63,239 bases of DNA, filler included, from Octopus bimaculoides (GCF_001194135.2; 9 parts of 7 records of this genome joined end to end with filler, not necessarily neighbours in it), one strand, 5' to 3'; shown: positions 11,561 through 24,676, counted from the whole stretch's first letter. Numbers and translations: made by a program. Notes: generated from the sequence alone by a model not told the origin.

Positions 11561-12549
11561 TATCGACGTGCCTAATTCACGGAACGGCGGATTTCGTAAA
11601 ACAATAACAGGGGAAGAACGCTCTTGAAGTTTCGAATTAAATGCTTCATACTATATTCCATTTTTACAGGATTATTTATACCACAATGGTGGTCTTTCAA
11701 TTATGGAATTTAAATAGCCAACAAATTGACAGATATAAAAAAATAAAACTTCGTTGTATTACCTAGTGAATTAAACTTTAAAATGTATGGCTGGCATCAA
11801 CCTTTAGAATAGCTAACTTTCTAGATTTTTCCTTGAATTTGTAATATTTTAAATACTATCCTGCTAGGAATTCTAATAAGATATTAAGCCTACACTATAG
11901 TTTACAAATCCAAGCTATACACTCTGTCTTTATCTTCTTTTACTTGTTACAATCATTGCGCTGCAGTCATACTTCAGCACCGCCAGATCGATCCTTGTAC
12001 GTTCTTTTTTTTTTTTTAGTCTGTGGTTTTGTGGTTTATGCTGTACTTCTTATATGTGGTCATTGGTGGGCTGTGGTTTTTTGAGCCGATGACCTAACGG
12101 TTTTATTCTGCAATTAACTTTGTACCTTTGTCTCAACTGGTTTGAGCACTTCTTTTACAGCCTTGTATAAATTCTTGGTTTTCTAATACAAAACTATTAA
12201 TATATATATATATGTATCTATCTATCTATCTATATATATATATATATATNNNNNNNNNNNNNNNNNNNNNNNNNNNNNNNNNNNNNNNNNNNNNNNNNNN
12301 NNNNNNNNNNNNNNNNNNNNNNNNNNNNNNNNNNNNNNNNNNNNNNNNNNNNNNNNNNNNNNNNNNNNNNNNNNNNNNNNNNNNNNNNNNNNNNNNNNNN
12401 NNNNNNNNNNNNNNNNNNNNNNNNNNNNNNNNNNNNNNNNNNNNNNNNNNNNNNNNNNNNNNNNNNNNNNNNNNNNNNNNNNNNNNNNNNNNNNNTGTGT
12501 GTGTGTGTGTGTGTGTGTGTACGTGTGTGTGCGTGTGCGTATGTGTGGG

Positions 12550-12735
12550 TTTGACAAAAAGTGTTGGCTTGCTTACGGCTCCGTGAAATAGCGGTTCGGC
12601 AAAAGTGACCGATAAAATTATTTCCAGACTTTAAAAAAAAATAATAATAAGTACTGGAGTCGATTTGTTTGATTAAAACCTTTTAACTCGGTGCTCCAGC
12701 ATGGCCGCAGTCAAATGTCTGAAACCAAACGGAAG
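12550..12735 (+). mobile_element. SINE family A-related, diverged 3' half
   Basis: GCGGTTCGGCAAAAG ... GGTGCTCCAGCATGGCCGCAGTCAAATGTCTGAAAC. Confidence 0.7.
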
Positions 12736-13349
12736 ATGAAAAATGCTTCGACTAAAATAGACATTCACGAAGAATTTTGCCATTGGCTGGGAGTGTGAAG
12801 CAGAAGAGAATAAAATTGCTCTGCTTTTTTGAGGATGCTGAAAAGAAAAGAAAAAAACAAAAAAAAGGAATTTAGAAAGAAGGAGTTATTACACCAAAAA
12901 CATGTTTTTCAGCGTCGAGGAGTAAGAAGTGTTGGTCACACCTGGATTCTTGTTACTCGGTATATATCGTGAATGAACGAGTAAATAAACTAGGTGATTT
13001 GAATAAAGCGGGATGGAGAAAATAAAAACAAGACAAATAGATGTGTCAATCATTTTTGAAACTTTAATGGAAAACTGTTACGTCTGATGGACGTAGAAAT
13101 AAGAAAGTAAGAGAATAATTTAAATACAAGTCTATCGTATAGTTTACTTCCTTCTTTCTTTCTTTCTTTCGTTACAGACATATAAATGGTTTTCTTTTAA
13201 GATTGTCTCAAATGCAAATCTTTATTGATTCCAAAGAATATTTTTTTTTTAAATATATCACAATTATTGTTTAGCTTTTTTTTTTCTTTNNNNNNNNNNT
13301 TTTTTTTTCTTTTTTCATTTCATTTCATTTCGTTTCGTTTCCCAAATCA

Positions 13350-14080
13350 ACACCATCACCACCACCACCACCATCACCACCAACGCCACCACCAACACCA
13401 CCACCAAATTTATTCACGATCAAAAAACACTGCTATAAATATCCACCACCACCACCACCACTACTACTACTACTATTACTAGCACCACCACTACTATCAC
13501 CACCACCACCATCACCACCACCACCACCATCACTACTACTACTACTATTACTAACACCACCACTACTAACACCACCACTACTATCACCACCACCACCACC
13601 ACCACTACTACTACTACTATTACTAACACCACCACTACTATCACCACCACCACCATCACCACCACCATTTCTACTACTACTGCTGCTACTATTACTGTTA
13701 CTACTAACACCACCACCACCACAAGCACTGCTACTACTACTACTAGAAACACCACCACCACTACTACTACTACTACGAATATAGCCTACACTGTTGGGCA
13801 TCAGCACATGCAACCATAATGACCAACCAACACATTGCACACTCCACCGCCCACACCGCCACCACCACCAACGTCATTAACCCGCACAACTACAATCATC
13901 ACCGTCATCATTATCGTCATCATCACCCGCGTTGTCGACCTCATGACGTCGTCGTCGTCGTCGTCATCACCGTTGTCATCATCACCGTCGCCGTCGTCGA
14001 CATCATCATCATCATCATCATCATCATCGTTGTTGTTGTTTTTGTTGTTATTATAATAATAATAATAATAATAATAATAA
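13350..14080. repeat. Compound trinucleotide tract (CAC/TAC/ATC/GTC/AAT)
   Basis: Direct reading; source of the poly-H, poly-V, poly-S/G and poly-D ORFs. Confidence 0.93.
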
Positions 14081-14386
14081 GTACTCCTGTTATTGTGGGT
14101 GACCAAGGTATAAGAAAGGGATGTCAGAAACATCTAGATAATATCCCAGGAGAACCATGTCTCACAGCAAACTAAAAGATTGTGCTGACAAGTCAACATC
14201 CTTAGAAAAATCCTCTCAATTTAAATGTCTGTGTTGTATTACATGAAGATATTATTTCGCTACTGCCCCTGTCACTTCCCTTCCCCAAGCTTTCAGTCAA
14301 ACTGTAATATCTCTTATCCTTCACTCGCCCTTGGACTCTGAGTGTGTCTCGGCAAGTAACTGTAACAAACATGCAGATTAAAGGTA
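14081..14386 (+). mobile_element. 3' end of a different RLE-type (R4/Dong-like) element, decayed
   Basis: TPVIVGDQGIRKGCQKHLDNIPGEPCLTAN*KIVLTS resembles the P(V/I)IVGALG.I.K...L..IPG...L..IQK..L C-terminal motif; flanked by TAA-type repeats. Confidence 0.6.
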
Positions 14387-14397
14387 AATAATGATAA

Positions 14398-14613
14398 GGT
14401 GAGGTGGCTGAATCGTTGGCACGCTGGACAAAATGTTTAGCGGCATTTCGCCTGTCTTTACGTTCTGAGTTCAAATTCCGCCGAGGTCGATTTTTCCTTT
14501 TATCCTTTCGGGGTTGATAAATTAAGTACCAGTGAAACACTGGGGTCGATTTAATCGATTAGTCTCTTCCCCCAAAAATTTCAAGTCGTGTACCTATAGT
14601 AGAAAGGATTATT
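14398..14613 (+). mobile_element. SINE family B, full length
   Basis: Head, B box, core and tail TAGTAGAAAGGATTATT. Confidence 0.9.
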
Positions 14614-14791
14614 GTTATGTACGATATTGTTACTTTGTTTTGTACGAGCTATTTCAGCTCTCACCAAAGGACAAATTGTGGACTATCCTTATGAAGTCCC
14701 ATTATATATGAAGTCCCATTATATATGCCCCTCTGGCAAATAAAAGAAATCCTCCCCTTCCTCNNNNNNNNNNNATATATATGTATGTATG

Positions 14792-14831
<40 letters not shown>

Positions 14832-15289
14832 TATATATGTGTGTGTGTGTGTACCATAAATATGAATTTCCGTAACGCAAAATTTGCTTTTCCCACTGAA
14901 TTCCATGATATAAATGAAAACCTGTTTCTATAGAATATTTTCAATAAAAAATCTTAAAAAATACAACGGCTTTTATAAATAAAATATATGTAAAACGAAA
15001 CATTTTGAAGACATGAAGTGTAGTAAAATATAAAAAGAAATACATTTTGAAAAGAAATACATTTTGAAATATACACGAATAAACTTTTACCATTCCGTTG
15101 AATGATTGTAGTATTTTTTGGCACATTGGCTTCACTCAGATTGTCAAGCCACACACTCAGGAGCCGTTCCATATTAAGATGCATATCAATTCTGGAGAAA
15201 ACAATAATATACGAATAGCAAATGGCTTGGCACGTGCTGTACTGTGCAATCCTTTAACGATTCATTTTCGAACCACTACTATCACCGCT

Positions 15290-15358
15290 CAGACAGACAG
15301 AGCGACAGACAGACAGAGCGATAGAAAGACAGAGCGACAGACAGACAGAGCGACAGAC

Positions 15359-15417
<59 letters not shown>

Positions 15418-15442
15418 CAGAAAAACAGACAGAAAGACAGAC

Positions 15443-15481
<39 letters not shown>

Positions 15482-15962
15482 NNNNNNNNNNNNNNNNNNN
15501 NNNNNNNNNNNNNNNNNNNNNNNNNNNNNNNNNNNNNNNNNNNNNNNNNNNNNNNNNNNNNNNNNNNNNNNNNNNNNNNNNNNNNNNNNNNNNNNNNNNN
15601 NNNNNNNNNNNNNNNNNNNNNNNNNNNNNNNNNNNNNNNNNNNNNNNNNNNNNNNNNNNNNNNNNNNNNNNNNNNNNNNNNNNNNNNNNNNNNNNNNNNN
15701 NNNNNNNNNNNNNNNNNNNNNNNNNNNNNNNNNNNNNNNNNNNNNNNNNNNNNNNNNNNNNNNNNNNNNNNNNNNNNNNNNNNNNNNNNNNNNNNNNNNN
15801 NNNNNNNNNNNNNNNNNNNNNNNNNNNNNNNNNNNNNNNNNNNNNNNNNNNNNNNNNNNNNNNNNNNNNNNNNNNNNNNNNNNNNNNNNNNNNNNNNNNN
15901 NNNNNNNNNNNNNNNNNNNNNNNNNNNNNNNNNNNNNNAGAAAAACAGACAGAAAGACAGAC

Positions 15963-16001
<39 letters not shown>

Positions 16002-16026
16002 CAGAAAAACAGACAGAAAGACAGAC

Positions 16027-16073
<47 letters not shown>

Positions 16074-16077
16074 GTAT

Positions 16078-16105
<28 letters not shown>
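15290..16105. repeat. (GATA/GACA)n tract with N gap
   Basis: Direct reading. Confidence 0.95.
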
Positions 16106-16108
<3 letters not shown>

Positions 16109-16477
16109 TCCAGTTCAATCTTTCTTTTCTCAATCATTTTTCCTATTTCCTTATTTGTTCCTTCCACTGTGTTTCCAACAATAAATTTCCTATATCTATC
16201 GATGGTTCTGGAAACGTCACCCACCATTCACCCGTTTTTATCTTCTAGCAGAATAAAGTTCTGTTTTGTTTTGCATCTTTTTTTTTCGTTGTTGTATTAC
16301 TGGCATTTGTTATTGCTTGGTTTTATTTATTTATTTATTTATTTATTTATTTGTTTGTTTATAATGCGCAAGAATTATGGGATTGATGTGTTAATATATC
16401 ATGACGTCATTAATGCCGGATTTGACAATTTGAACCTCGAACATCGGGTTTCTTTCAGCAATCAAGAAATAAATTAA

Positions 16478-16702
16478 ATTGTTGTTGTTGTTGTTGTGGT
16501 GGTGGTGGTGGTGGTGGCGGCGGCAGTGGTGGTGGAATCGTCGTCGTCGTCGTTTTGTTGTTGTTGTTGGCGGTGGTGCTGCTGCTGCTGATGATGATGT
16601 TTTTTGTTGGTGTTGTTTTTGAGGTTATTGCTCTTGTTTTTATTGTTATTGTCGTCGTTGCTGCTGCAGCTGCTGCTGATGTTGTTGTTGTTGTTGTTGT
16701 TG
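16478..16702. repeat. Compound (GTT/GGT/GCT/GTC)n tract
   Basis: Direct reading. Confidence 0.93.
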
Positions 16703-16784
16703 CTTAGCCACAGGTCAAAGTCTAAACCATACCAATGATTAATGTCATTCCTCTCAGCAATCATATGCTGTATATATATATATA

Positions 16785-16990
16785 TTCTTTTATTTGTTTC
16801 AGTCATTTGACTGCGGCCATGCTGGAACACTGCCTTTAGTCAAATGAATCGACTCCAGTACTCATTCTTTGTAAGTCTAGTACTTATCCTATCGGTCATT
16901 TTTGCCGGACCGCTATGTTACGGGGACGTAAACGCAGCAGCATCGGTAGTCAAACGATGTTGGGAGGACAAACAGACTCACAAATACATC
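16785..16990 (-). mobile_element. SINE family A, 3' half
   Basis: TTTCAGTCATTTGACTGCGGCCATGCTGGA ... GATGTTGGGAGGACAAAC. Confidence 0.85.
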
Positions 16991-16998
16991 ATACATAC

Positions 16999-17037
<39 letters not shown>

Positions 17038-17068
17038 GTGTATGTATATATATACATACACACATATA

Positions 17069-17168
17069 NNNNNNNNNNNNNNNNNNNNNNNNNNNNNNNN
17101 NNNNNNNNNNNNTTAATTAATTAANNNNNNNNNNNNNNNNNNNNNNNNNNNNNNNNNNNNNNNNNNNN
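17069..17168. other. Artificial scaffold-joining linker
   Basis: Same cassette; 12-mer at 17113-17124. Confidence 0.97.
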
Positions 17169-17243
17169 GGTAAAACAGAAAAAGATATAACAAATAAAAC
17201 TCATAAAAGCCACGGGAGCCTGGTCAGAAAAATAAGAAATGAG

Positions 17244-17444
17244 TATAGGCACAAGGCCTGGAATTTGAGGGGAAGGGGCCAGTCAATTAGATCGACCCAG
17301 TACACAACTGGTACTTAATTTATCGACCCCGAAAGGATGAAAGGCAAAGTCGACCTCGACGGAATTTGAAGTCAGAACGTAGCGGCAGACGAGATAACAC
17401 CAGCCATTTTGCCCTGGCATGCTAACGATTCTGCCAGCTCGCCG
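17244..17444 (-). mobile_element. SINE family B, full length
   Basis: Reverse complement, from GCTAACGATTCTGCCAGCTCGCC (head) to TATAGGCACAAGGCC (tail). Confidence 0.88.
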
Positions 17445-18320
17445 TCTTGCCCAACCGATTAATATTATCAGTAGCAACAATCAAGAATAACTAATGATAA
17501 TAACAACAACAACAACAATAATAATAATGATAATGATTTCTTTATTAACCACAAGGGTTTATACTAAGAAAACATTATGGACAGCACAGGACAAAACAAA
17601 GAATGTGTGAGTGTGTGTTGTTAATCATCCTATTACATTTTCTCCTTAAATGTGAAAACAAAGACACGCCGTCGTATTCACACAGTGACACCCACTCCTA
17701 TAGAATTTCTTTGTCTTATCATGCATAGCCTACCCGCGTGACCTCACACATAATCACAGCCAAACCTAATTTCCACACAGAGGCTCGCCGACAGATTTCT
17801 TATTTCATCGTTACTCCTGCGTTCATGAGTACATATACATATAAATATATATGTGTGCGTGTATACATATATATATGTATGTNNNNNNNNNNNNNNNNNN
17901 NNNNNNNNNNNNNNNNNNNNNNNNNNNNNNNNNNNNNNNNNNNNNNNNNNNNNNNNNNNNNNNNNNNNNNNNNNNNNNNNNNNNNNNNNNNNNNNNNNNN
18001 NNNNNNNNNNNNNNNNNNNNNNNNNNNNNNNNNNNNNNNNNNNNNNNNNNNNNNNNNNNNNNNNNNNNNNNNNNNNNNNNNNNNNNNNNNAAATACAAAA
18101 AAAGGTGGATTTTTTTTGTATGATTGTGTATAGAGGAATAATATATATATATATATATATGTATACATACATATATGTATTTATATACACCCATGTTCAC
18201 ACACGCACATACATACACAACAAACACGTAATATATATATGTTTACATGTGTTTGGTTGGTTGTATGTATGTATGTATGCATGTATGTACATACGTACGT
18301 ATGTATGTATATATGTATAT

Positions 18321-18727
18321 CATTGTTCAGTTTTATTTCAAGATTTCTTGCCAATAGAGAAAAAGCCGGTTTCTAACATAGCTCCATGGTTCTTTCATTG
18401 GAGTTTCAACATCAGCATCAGTATATTTTTGTTTGTTTGTTTGTTTATTTGTATGTATGTATGTATGTATGTATGTATGTATTTATGTTCGCATCTATGT
18501 ATGTATATATTCATATTTGTATGTTTTGTTTTATGTATGTATTTTCATGCATAAAGTTGCATGTCTAGACATGCTGATTTATATTTAAATGTATTTAAAT
18601 GATAAACTTCTGTAAAGTTTTATAGATTTTTACAGTACCAATGATGGACTTGATCTGAAGTCTTCGAATTAGCTTTCCCCTTTCTAGTTTTGGGAAGCCT
18701 AATTTCTCAAGCTTGGTATGTAGGCAG
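18321..18727 (-). mobile_element. Second, inverted copy of the same RLE-type element 3' end
   Basis: Minus strand 18726-18595 reads CLHTKLEKLGFPKLERGKLIRRLQIKSIIGTVKIYKTLQKFII*, aligning with the 19210 copy; shares the 3' UTR motif (GCAT..CTAGACATG...AAAACAAA.CATACAAAT). Confidence 0.8.
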
Positions 18728-18740
18728 TGTTTTATATATT

Positions 18741-18799
18741 CCAACATCGGTTGTCAAGCGACGTTCGGGGGGGGGGGACAAACAGGCATACAAACATAT

Positions 18800-18836
<37 letters not shown>

Positions 18837-19005
18837 AATATATATATATATACATATATACGACGGACTTCTTTCAATTTCCGTCTACAAAATCCACTCA
18901 CAAGGCATGAGACTATAGTAGAGGACACTTGCCCAAGGTGTCACGCAGTGGGACTGAACCCGGAACCAGGTGGTTAGTAAGCAAGCTACTTACCACACAG
19001 CCACT
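18741..19005 (-). mobile_element. SINE family A, 5' two-thirds
   Basis: Reverse complement of head and body; internal deletion; lacks the 3' third. Confidence 0.85.
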
Positions 19006-19209
19006 TTAATTTTCAATTTTAAGTTCTAATTCACAAGTGCAAAGTCTGTTCTCGTGGAAGGTCGACGATTATTATATCGTCCGAAGATTGAGTAGATTCT
19101 TGAAGTCTTTCTTGAATCAACTCATTACTAATAGTGATAAGCTTCAAATTCATGCATATCCATCCATCCGTCCATCCGTCCGTCCATACATACATACATA
19201 CATACATAA

Positions 19210-19600
19210 GTAGAAATCAGCTGCCCTGCGGATGTCGACATCCCACTAAAGATTAGAGAAAAAGAGAACAACTACGCCTAGCAACTGAGAAATTTGCAGA
19301 TACTCCACCCAGACTACAAGTTCAGATTCATACCCGTGATTGTTGGGGCATTGGGATATGTAACGAACTGCCTCAACAAAAACCTGGAAAAATTAGGGTT
19401 CTCAAAACCTGAAAGAAAAAGGCTGATTAGAAGACTACAGATTCAAGCCATCAATGGAACTGTAAAGATATGTAAAACTTTCCAAAAGTTTAGCACATAA
19501 ATACATATGCATGCATCTAGACATGAAAATATATGCATAAAAACGCATCCATAAAACAAACATACAAATCTGCGCATACACTAACACCAAATACTGCACA
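19210..19600 (+). mobile_element. 3' end of an RLE-type non-LTR retrotransposon (R4/HERO-like): endonuclease C-terminus plus 3' UTR
   Basis: VEISCPADVDIPLKIREKENNYA*QLRNLQILHPDYKFRFIPVIVGALGYV...LEKLGF...LQIQAINGTVKICKTFQKFST*; E..CP.D, EK..Y and P.IVGALG are RLE-domain motifs; one premature stop at 19279-19281. Confidence 0.82.
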
Positions 19601-20536
19601 CACACNNNNNNNNNNNNNNNNNNNNNNNNNNNNNNNNNNNNNNNNNNNNNNNNNNNNNNNNNNNNNNNNNNNNNNNNNNNNNNNNNNNNNNNNNNNNNNN
19701 NNNNNNNNNNNNNNNNNNNNNNNNNNNNNNNNNNNNNNNNNNNNNNNNNNNNNNNNNNNNNNNNNNNNNNNNNNNNNNNNNNNNNNNNNNNNNNNNNNNN
19801 NNNNNNNNNNNNNNNNNNNNNNNNNNNNNNNNNNNNNNNNNNNNNNNNNNNNNNNNNNNNNNNNNNNNNNNNNNNNNNNNNNNNNNNNNNNNNNNNNNNN
19901 NNNNNNNNNNNNNNNNNNNNNNNNNNNNNNNNNNNNNNNNNNNNNNNNNNNNNNNNNNNNNNNNNNNNNNNNNNNNNNNNNNNNNNNNNNNNNNNNNNNN
20001 NNNNNNNNNNNNNNNNNNNNNNNNNNNNNNNNNNNNNNNNNNNNNNNNNNNNNNNNNNNNNNNNNNNNNNNNNNNNNNNNNNNNNNNNNNNNNNNNNNNN
20101 NNNNNNNNNNNNNNNNNNNNNNNNNNNNNNNNNNNNNNNNNNNNNNNNNNNNNNNNNNNNNNNNNNNNNNNNNNNNNNNNNNNNNNNNNNNNNNNNNNNN
20201 NNNNNNNNNNNNNNNNNNNNNNNNNNNNNNNNNNNNNNNNNNNNNNNNNNNNNNNNNNNNNNNNNNNNNNNNNNNNNNNNNNNNNNNNNNNNNNNNNNNN
20301 NNNNNNNNNNNNNNNNNNNNNNNNNNNNNNNNNNNNNNNNNNNNNNNNNNNNNNNNNNNNNNNNNNNNNNNNNNNNNNNNNNNNNNNNNNNNNNNNNNNN
20401 NNNNNNNNNNNNNNNNNNNNNNNNNNNNNNNNNNNNNNNNNNNNNNNNNNNNNNNNNNNNNNNNNNNNNNNNNNNNNNNNNNNNNNNNNNNNNNNNNNNN
20501 NNNNNNNNNNNNNNNNNNNNNNNNNNNNNNNNNNNN

Positions 20537-20570
<34 letters not shown>

Positions 20571-20935
20571 TTGTCAGCTTCTGAATATTTACTGCTTCTT
20601 ACCTGACAAGGTTGCACCCTTTCAAGATTGCATTATCATACTACCGTGGTCGTATTCGTTATCTATGAGTACAGACTCTTGTCTGTGATGTATATATGCT
20701 TGTATGTATGCGGATGTCTGTTTAGCAAGCGTCTCACTATGAACAAGTAAAAATATATTATGAACACACCTATGTGTCAGCCTACTTTTATCTAGGTATT
20801 ATGTGAAACCTTCATGCCTACACACCTGTATTTCAGCAAACACCTGTATACCTGATATGTTTAAAATACTTATAAATTCTTTCTACTGTTTTGGCATTTA
20901 TCTTGATTCATTTTGCATTATCTGATTTATCGTGA

Positions 20936-21074
20936 TGTATTGTATGTGTGCGTGTGTGTGTAAGTGTATATGTAAGCATGTATATATGAATGTATGCATG
21001 TATGCATGTATGTATGTAGGTTTGTGTGAGTGTGTGTATACATGTGTATGCATGTAAGTGTGTATGTATGCATG

Positions 21075-21106
<32 letters not shown>

Positions 21107-21248
21107 CATGTATGTATGTAAGTTTGTGCGTGTGTGTATATGTGTACGCATGTGTATGTATGTATGCATGTATGTATGCATGCATGAATGCATATGTGCA
21201 TGCATGCATGCATGTATGTATACATGTATGTACGTGTCTGTGTGTAAG

Positions 21249-21311
<63 letters not shown>

Positions 21312-21470
21312 ATATATGTATGTATGTATACATATATGTATGCATCTATGTATAAGTAAGTATGTATATATATATTTATGTATGTATATATATATATATA
21401 TGTATGTAGGTTTGCATTTGTTTCCATGTGTGTATGTATGTATGTATGTATGTATGTATGTATGTATGTT
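20936..21470. repeat. Degenerate (TATG/TG/TA)n tract
   Basis: Direct reading. Confidence 0.93.
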
Positions 21471-21676
21471 ACATGTCTTTCGGCTTTTGTTTTGTTTAGT
21501 TTTCTTTAATAAGTACGTGAATTCTTCTTCCAAGGAAGCGGAAAGTTGACTAACAAAAGCGCTAAGTGTTATACGTTGAACTTTGATAAAGTTTTGCATA
21601 GTTATACTGTTCTTCTTAATGAATTGATTTCATTGGTAAGGAAATTTCAAAAGAACACTCGTGGATAACTGTCTAG

Positions 21677-21714
<38 letters not shown>

Positions 21715-21819
21715 NNNNNNNNNNNNNNNNNNNNNNNNNNNNNNNNNNNNNNNNNNNNNNNNNNNNNNNNNNNNNNNNNNNNNNNNNNNNNNNNNNNNNN
21801 NNNNNNNNNNNNNNNTGTT

Positions 21820-21851
<32 letters not shown>

Positions 21852-22336
21852 ATACCGTTTCTCCTCTTTCCGATCTTGTTTTATCACCTTTCTATCTTGA
21901 TATCGATATGAACTACTCTTCTGTCGTCGTTTTAGTGAAAATATGTATAATTTGTAAATTGAATGAAAAGTTGAATTGTCCCTGGAAATATAATTTCTTT
22001 TCTTCATGGGGAATAGACTCAACATGATGAAAGACTAACTATCGTGTTTAATGGATTTCGTCTGGAGAGGAAGGATATAGTAATGTTTATATTCCAACAG
22101 GATGTAGCAGTCCTATAAAGGACGATGTTGCTGTTGTTTAAGCCCCAGGAAAACATCTTTTCTAGTTGGCTATCGACACACAGTCTGTGTCTGTATAGCA
22201 TTTGCAAGGGAGGGCATCTCTCCCATCTCTAGCCTTACGTGATACTCACAGACCTAGGTTTCTGGATGTTATCCGTCCTCAGTGTGCCGACAACCACCAG
22301 CTAATGACGAAAGCCCTCTCCACTTGCAAATACTAT

Positions 22337-22359
22337 ATAGATAGATAGATTGACTGATT

Positions 22360-22425
<66 letters not shown>

Positions 22426-22918
22426 CAGACAGACAAACAGGTAGGTAGGTAGGTAGGTAGGTAGATACATTTCTTTTATTAGCCACACAGGGCTCAACGA
22501 AGATGGGANNNNNNNNNNNNNNNNNNNNNNNNNNNNNNNNNNNNNNNNNNNNNNNNNNNNNNNNNNNNNNNNNNNNNNNNNNNNNNNNNNNNNNNNNNNN
22601 NNNNNNNNNNNNNNNNNNNNNNNNNNNNNNNNNNNNNNNNNNNNNNNNNNNNNNNNNNNNNNNNNNNNNNNNNNNNNNNNNNNNNNNNNNNNNNNNNNNN
22701 NNNNNNNNNNNNNNNNNNNNNNNNNNNNNNNNNNNNNNNNNNNNNNNNNNNNNNNNNNNNNNNNNNNNNNNNNNNNNNNNNNNNNNNNNNNNNNNNNNNN
22801 NNNNNNNNNNNNNNNNNNNNNNNNNNNNNNNNNNNNNNNNNNNNNNNNNNNNNNNNNNNNNNNNNNNNNNNNNNNNNNNNNNNNNNNNNNNNNNNNNNNN
22901 NNGATAGATTGACTGATT

Positions 22919-22983
<65 letters not shown>
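22337..22983. repeat. (GATA/GGTA)n tracts around an N gap
   Basis: Direct reading. Confidence 0.9.
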
Positions 22984-22984
<1 letters not shown>

Positions 22985-23349
22985 GAAGTTAGGGGATTTT
23001 CAGAAACAAAAGTTAACCAGCTCACACGCACATTACAAATACAATCTGTAAGCAGAGAAGCAAATATAAGCAAAATTTTTCTCCTGTTCAAAATATAACA
23101 CCGTTTTTATCTACATTCCAACGACAGAATTTTATATCTTGGTTAGAAATCAGTTTCTTCTTTGCAGGAAAACTTCAAATATTTAAAAATAGAAGAGAAC
23201 ATACACACATACATATATAAGTACATAAATATTTATATACATACATGCAAATGTATAAATATGTATATGTGTAATTTATGAATGTATGTAAATGATGTGA
23301 AATATAATTTGATGGTGGTTCAGATGAATGGTAGACAATACCAAATTGG

Positions 23350-24101
23350 GGATCTATTTTAAAACGGGGGCGCCAGTATTTTCTTAACGAAACACTAACG
23401 AAACACTTTGAAACTTGGGACACTGGTAGAATGTGTCATATAAAACATCTTTTACTCTTAGTCTTCTTAACAAAAAAAAAAAGGAATTCGCAAGTTATTC
23501 CATGTTAAAGTTGTCGTATTTCTGTAATTTCAACCAATCACTGACGTCTATTCACCTGAATAAGAGTTACTGCTGGGCGGTCATAAAAATGTTATTCCCT
23601 GTGACATATTTCATCCGGTTTAATCGTAATTTATACGCATATATTGTTTATATAATAAATTACGCTGTGCGTATCTACGTGTGTAACAATTTTAGNNNNN
23701 NNNNNNNNNNNNNNNNNNNNNNNNNNNNNNNNNNNNNNNNNNNNNNNNNNNNNNNNNNNNNNNNNNNNNNNNNNNNNNNNNNNNNNNNNNNNNNNNNNNN
23801 NNGGTTACGGTTACGGTTACGGTTAACAGTCTAGTTAGGGTTAGGGTTAGGGTTAGAGTTAGGGGATTAATACGATATACACCGTTACAGCGCTAACTGT
23901 TTTCAACTGAATAGACGTCAGTGATTAGTAGAAATTATCGAAATAAGACAATTTTTTACATGAAATAAATTCGAATACAAAAATATTTTTCTGTTCTATA
24001 ACACAAAATAGATAAGTATACGAAGTTTGAAAGTCTTTCGGTACCAAAAACACTACATAAAACATAAATGAAAACTGGCGCTCCCGTTTTAAAATAGATC
24101 C
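23350..24101. mobile_element. Non-autonomous TIR DNA transposon with about 210-bp imperfect TIRs, 8-bp TSD and internal telomere-like repeats
   Basis: Ends GGATCTATTTTAAAACGGG / CCCGTTTTAAAATAGATCC; TSD CAAATTGG at 23342-23349 and 24102-24109; inner TIR parts AATCACTGACGTCTATTCA / TGAATAGACGTCAGTGATT; centre has (GGTTAC)3 and (TTAGGG)n at 23803-23865. Confidence 0.85.
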
Positions 24102-24121
24102 CAAATTGGTCAGCACCCTAA

Positions 24122-24283
24122 GTTCTGAGTTCAAATTTCGCCGAGATCGACTTTACCTTTCATCCTTTCGGGGTCGATAAATTAAGTACCAGTTGCATAC
24201 TAGGGTCGATCTAATCAACTGCCCCCACACACACACACATACACAAAATTTTCAGGCCTTGTGTCTATAGTAGAAAGGATTAT
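24122..24283 (+). mobile_element. SINE family B, 5'-truncated, with a (CA)n insertion
   Basis: Starts at GTTCTGAGTTCAAATT; core and tail intact. Confidence 0.88.
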
Positions 24284-24639
24284 TATTATTTTTATTATTA
24301 TTAATCATTTAATTTCACTAGTCTACCTGTGTCGGTCGGTAAGAGATCAAAATGAAATGCTACGTGCCTGATAAAAAAAAAAAATCTTCTGACCAAACCA
24401 ACCTATCCCATCCTATCCTAGCTCACTTCTTAATTTCGAAGGGGTTAGATGTGTGTGTGCGGCAGGGCTGGTGGGGATGGTAAGAGCCACCTTAAATACG
24501 TGTTTTTTTTTTTATATTTATTGGGCCTTTTTGTTTTTAAGACAGGTGATTTTTTTAATGTTTTGCGAGTGTTTTTTTTTTATGTGCGTGTTTATTTGTA
24601 TACGTATAAAGACACACTCGCACACTCACACACGCGCCT

Positions 24640-24676
<37 letters not shown>

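Noticed and set aside
22249-22299. Minus-strand 51-nt frame LVVVGTLRTDNIQKPRS before a GTGAGT donor
   Set aside because: The acceptor lacks a pyrimidine tract and no partner exon was found.
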